From: Macrostomum lignano
Lineage: Eukaryota
DNA length: 64,000 nucleotides
Direction of reading: 5' to 3'
Assembly (NCBI GenBank): GCA_002269645.1
Contig: NIVC01000995.1
Span: 310,001-374,000, forward strand
Shown: positions 50,212 through 64,000 of the stretch, piece after piece
Position numbering within the stretch: position 1 is the first letter of the stretch
How the letters are laid out: the number at the start of each line of letters is the position of its first letter
Position numbers and translations under genes: made by a program
Notes under the pieces: model-generated
Database searches by the model: none
What the model saw: the letters and a program-made list of their open reading frames with translations, nothing else
Told to the model about the DNA's origin: nothing

Positions 50212-51016
50212 TAGCTAGATGCCAGTAGATGACAGAGGTGGCAGATAGATGCCAGTAGATGACAGAAATGGCCGTTCGATGCCAGTAGATGACAGAAATG
50301 GCAGTTAGATGCCAGCAGATGACAGAAATGGCGGTTAGATGCCAGTAGATGACAGAAATGGCCGTTAGATGCCAGTAGATGACAGAAATGGCCGTTAGAT
50401 GCCAGTAGATGACAGAAATGGCAGTTAGATGCCAGTAGATGACATAAATGGCAGTTAGATGCCAGCAGATGACAGAAATGGCAGTTAAATGCCAGTAGAT
50501 GACATAAATGGCAGTTAGATGCCAGCAGATGACAGAAATGGCAGTTAGATGCCAGCAGATGACAGAAATGGCAGTTAGATGCCAGCAGATGACAGAAATG
50601 GCAGTTAGATGCCAGCAGATGACAGAAATGGCAGTTAGATGCCAGCAGATGACATAAATGGCAGTTAGATGCCAGCAGATGACAGAAATGGCAGTTAGAT
50701 GCCAGCAGATGACAGAAATGGCAGTTAGATACCAGCAGATGACAGAAATGGCAGTTAAATGCCAGCAGATGACAGAAATGGCAGTTAGATGCCAGTAGAT
50801 GACAGAAATGGCAGTTAGATGCCAGCAGATGACAGAAATGGCAGTTAGATGCCAGCAGATGACAGAAATGGCAGTTAGATGCCAGCAGATGACAGAAATG
50901 GCAGTTAAATGCCAGCAGATGACAGAAATGGCAGTTAGATGCCAGTAGATGACAGAAATGGCAGTTAGATGCCAGCAGATGACAGAAATGGCAGTTAAAT
51001 GCCAGCAGATGACAGA
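50212..51016. repeat. 30-bp minisatellite upstream of astacin gene
   Basis: Unit gatgccagcagatgacagaaatggcagtta. Confidence 0.97.
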
Positions 51017-51337
51017 ACACTCAATTTTAAAGCTGGCCAATGCATATTTTCGAACAAAACTATTTATAGCTTGCGGAATACAGCGGTCCTGCGAGCTGAA
51101 AAGCTCAATAATTCGACACCAGGCAGGCTATTGATAAGAAAATTCTTTCTCCGCCGAAACGCCTCGTGTCGAGTTCTCACGCGCAAGCAAGACGCTCTGA
51201 TCGACTCGCATTTCAGAGACTCCTGGTAAACCATATATGCAGTGATTTGCTATGAGCTGAGACAAGCATTCAATACTTCTGAAACAGAAAGCGTTTAACT
51301 TTTCTCCTGCATATTAGACTGACGACAGACAGCAGCT

Positions 51338-55743
<4,406 letters not shown>

Positions 55744-55774
55744 TGCCGGTGACCAGACTAATACTAATGAGGTA

Positions 55775-56132
55775 CTGACGGACTGGGGTGGGGGTAGCAG
55801 CCCACTGACGGACTGGGGTGGGGTTAGCAGCCCAGTGAGGGACTGGGGTGGGGTTAGCAGCCCAGTGAAGGACTGGGGTGGGGTTAGCAGCCCAGTGAGG
55901 GACTGGGGTGGGGGTAGCAGCCCAGTGAGGGACTGGGGTGGGGGTAGCAGCCCAGTGAGGGACTGGGGTGGGGGTAGCAGCCGAGTGAGGGACTGGGGTG
56001 GGGGTAGCAGCCGAGTGAGGGACTGGGGTGGGGGTAGCAGCCCAGTGAGGGACTGGGGTGGGGGTAGCAGCCCAGTGAGGGACTGGGGTGGGGGTAGCAG
56101 CCGAGTGAGGGACTGGGGTGGGGGTAGCAGCC
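55775..56132. repeat. G-rich 30-bp minisatellite after astacin stop
   Basis: Unit gactggggtgggggtagcagcccagtgagg; AATAAA at 56160. Confidence 0.95.
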
Positions 56133-56734
56133 GATGTGTTGCATTAAAAAAATCAAGATAATAAACTGCATGCAAAAAGTTCAAATTCAATTTTAAAAAA
56201 GCAACTGTAATTATTTGAAGCTGATTTGCTACTGACCGCATAGTAGACTGCTATGTTTATTTTTGTTAAAAAAAACTATAGAAAAATATTTTACCATGTT
56301 AATTAAGATCAAGACTTGGTAAGGAACAAATTTTAGGACAAAAAGATGATTAATGAATTATTAATTTGACAAAAATTGGATTAGAACAAATGCTGAAATT
56401 AAATTAGCCTATCCAGCAATATCCAACTGTTGGTAAGCAAAAAGGCATAAAATTACAATTGTAAACCAAAGAAAAATGCTTATCTCATTTCATTTTGAAA
56501 ATGCGGCACAGCTAAAAAATAATATAAACATTAGGGTTACATAAAATATACTACTAAGAAACTACCGCATCAGCAGTTCCTACTTCTGCCATAATTAAAT
56601 ATACAATGGATTCGTTGCAATGCCTTGAGTTCAATTTGTATTAAAAATCAATTACACACAAATAAATGTATAGAAAATAGTATTTATTTAAAGTATAGTT
56701 GTTGGTTGTTTGAGATAGTGACCCTCGACTGTGG

Positions 56735-58230
56735 GATAGGGACTCACAGGTTTGGGATAGGGACTCACAGATTTGGGATAGGGACTCACAGGTTTGGGAT
56801 AGGGACTCACAGATTTGGGATAGGGACTCACAGGTTTGGGATAGGGACTCACAGATTTGGGATAGGGACTCACAGATTTGGGATAGGGACTCACAGATGT
56901 GGGATAGGGACTCACAGGTTTGGGATAGGGACTCACAGATTTGGGATAGGGACTCACAGGTTTGGGATAGGGACTCACAGGTTTGGGATAGGGACTCACA
57001 GATTTGGGATAGGGACTCACAGATGTGGGATATGGACTCACAGATGTGGGATAGGGACTCACAGGTTTGGGATAGGGACTCACAGATGTGGGATAGGGAC
57101 TCACAGATTTGGGATAGGGACTCACAGATGTGGGATAGGGACTCACAGATGTGGGATAGGGACTCACAGATTTGGGATAGGGACTCACAGGTTTGGGATA
57201 GGGACTCACAGGTTTGGGATAGGGACTCACAGATTTGGGATAGGGACTCAGGTTTGGGATAGGGACTCACAGATGTGGGATAGGGACTCACAGATTTGGG
57301 ATAGGGACTCACAGGTTTGGGATAGGGACTCACAGGTTTGGGATAGGGACTCACAGATTTGGGATAGGGACTCAGGTTTGGGATAGGGACTCACAGATTT
57401 GGGATAGGGACTCACAGATTTGGGATAGGGACTCAGATTTGGGATAGGAACTTACATATTTGGGATAGGGACTCAGATTTGGGATAGAGACTCAGATTTG
57501 GGATAGGGACTCAGATTTGGGATAGAGACTCACAGATTTGGGATAGGGACTCTTAGATTTGAGATAGGGACTCAGATTTGTGATAGAGACTCAGATTTGG
57601 GATAGAGACTCAGATTTGGGATAGGGACTCAGATTTGGGATAGAGACTCACAGATTTGGGATAGGGACTCTTAGATTTGAGATAGGGACTCTTAGATTTG
57701 AGATAGGGACTCAGATTTGTGATAGAGACTCAGATTTGGGATAGGGACTCAGATTTGGGATAGAGACTCACAGATTTGGGATAGGGACTCACAGATTTGG
57801 GATAGGGACTCAGATTTGGGATAGGAACTTACATATTTGGGATAGGGACTCAGATTTGGGATAGAGACTCAGATTTGGGATAGGGACTCAGATTTGGGAT
57901 AGAGACTCACAGATTTGGGATAGGGACTCTTAGATTTGAGATAGGGACTCTTAGATTTGAGATAGGGACTCAGATTTGTGATAGAGACTCAGATTTGGGA
58001 TAGGGACTCAGATTTGGGATAGAGACTCACAGATTTGGGATAGGGACTCTTAGATTTGAGATAGGGACTCTTAGATTTGAGATAGGGACTCTTAGATTTG
58101 AGATAGGGACTCAGATTTGTGATAGAGACTCAGATTTGGGATAGGGACTCAGATTTGGGATAGGGACTCACAGATTTGGGATAGGGACTCTTAGATTTGG
58201 GATAGGGACTCAGATTTGGGATAGGGACTC
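56735..58230. repeat. 19-21-bp minisatellite between astacin and PRIM2
   Basis: Unit gatttgggatagggactcaca. Confidence 0.97.
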
Positions 58231-58236
58231 TTTATT
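58231..58236 (-). terminator. Candidate polyadenylation signal of PRIM2
   Basis: AATAAA on the minus strand ~68 nt after the stop, directly bordering the minisatellite. Confidence 0.55.
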
Positions 58237-58303
58237 ACGTCTCACAATATTGCTGCTCGGAATAGAACCTCACAAAATCATGCAATCAGCTCCCAGAGCC
58301 TCA

Positions 58304-63544
<5,241 letters not shown>

Positions 63545-63609
63545 AAATCCCACCTAGTAGTGCTCTAGTGCTTAGGTATGAGCACAGATAATATAATGAG
63601 TGAACGCAA

Positions 63610-63892
63610 GACGGACAAAAATTAGGCTAGGGGGCAGGCCCAATTTAGCTCAGCCAATGAGAGAGCAGTAAGGAAAGAGATCAAAGACCGACAGACGAAA
63701 TTAAGGCTAGGGGACAGGCCCAATTTAGCTCAGCCAATGAGAGAGCAGTAAGGAAAGAGATCAAAGACCGACAGACGAAATTAAGGCTAGGGGACAGGCC
63801 CAATTTAGCTCAGCCAATGAGAAAGATCAGTAAGGAAAGAGATCAAAAACCGACAGACGAAATTTAGGCTAGGGGGCAGGCCCAATTTAGCT
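63610..63892. promoter_or_regulatory. 80-bp tandem repeat (~3.5 copies) with CCAAT boxes upstream of PRIM2
   Basis: cagccaatga at 63651, 63731 and 63811, plus gcccaattt in each unit; starts ~70-100 bp from the start codon. Confidence 0.5.
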
Positions 63893-63894
63893 TA

Positions 63895-63991
63895 TTTAAA
63901 GTCTAGTAGGCCAAAAAGATTGTAAGAATGGGTAATAAGTATAAGAATAAGTAAACATTCTTACAATCTTTTTGGCCTACTAGACTTTAAA
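63895..63991. repeat. Perfect 36-bp inverted repeat with 25-nt spacer
   Basis: tttaaagtctagtaggccaaaaagattgtaagaatg (63895-63930) / cattcttacaatctttttggcctactagactttaaa (63956-63991). Confidence 0.93.
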
Positions 63992-64000
63992 CAATTTACC

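Overview
Eukaryotic, intron-rich animal DNA. The gene content and the near-universal intronic minisatellites suggest a free-living flatworm such as Macrostomum (inference only). Five spliced genes can be rebuilt by hand: a neuropeptide F/Y precursor (10403-10848, +); a divergent ionotropic glutamate receptor-family gene (18858-29231, +) that appears to splice through a GC-AG intron into two exons encoding a PNPase-type S1 RNA-binding domain (to 31131); a 5-HT1-like serotonin GPCR (33552-43440, +); an astacin metalloprotease (51338-55743, +); and DNA primase large subunit PRIM2 (58304-63544, -). Mobile DNA comprises a full-length LOA/I-group non-LTR retrotransposon (2571-8339, 13-bp TSD) whose 5' end folds as an HDV/CPEB3-like ribozyme, a hAT MITE with 8-bp TSD, an internally deleted piggyBac, a foldback-type MITE, a Penelope-type minimal hammerhead, a Gypsy integrase scrap and a ~200-bp structured dispersed repeat in four copies. 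A large fraction of the window is tandem repeat, with almost every large intron carrying its own array; two arrays visibly derive from the adjacent exon end. Top leads: the receptor-S1 fusion and the retrotransposon ribozyme. Exon models were made by eye and repeat boundaries are approximate.
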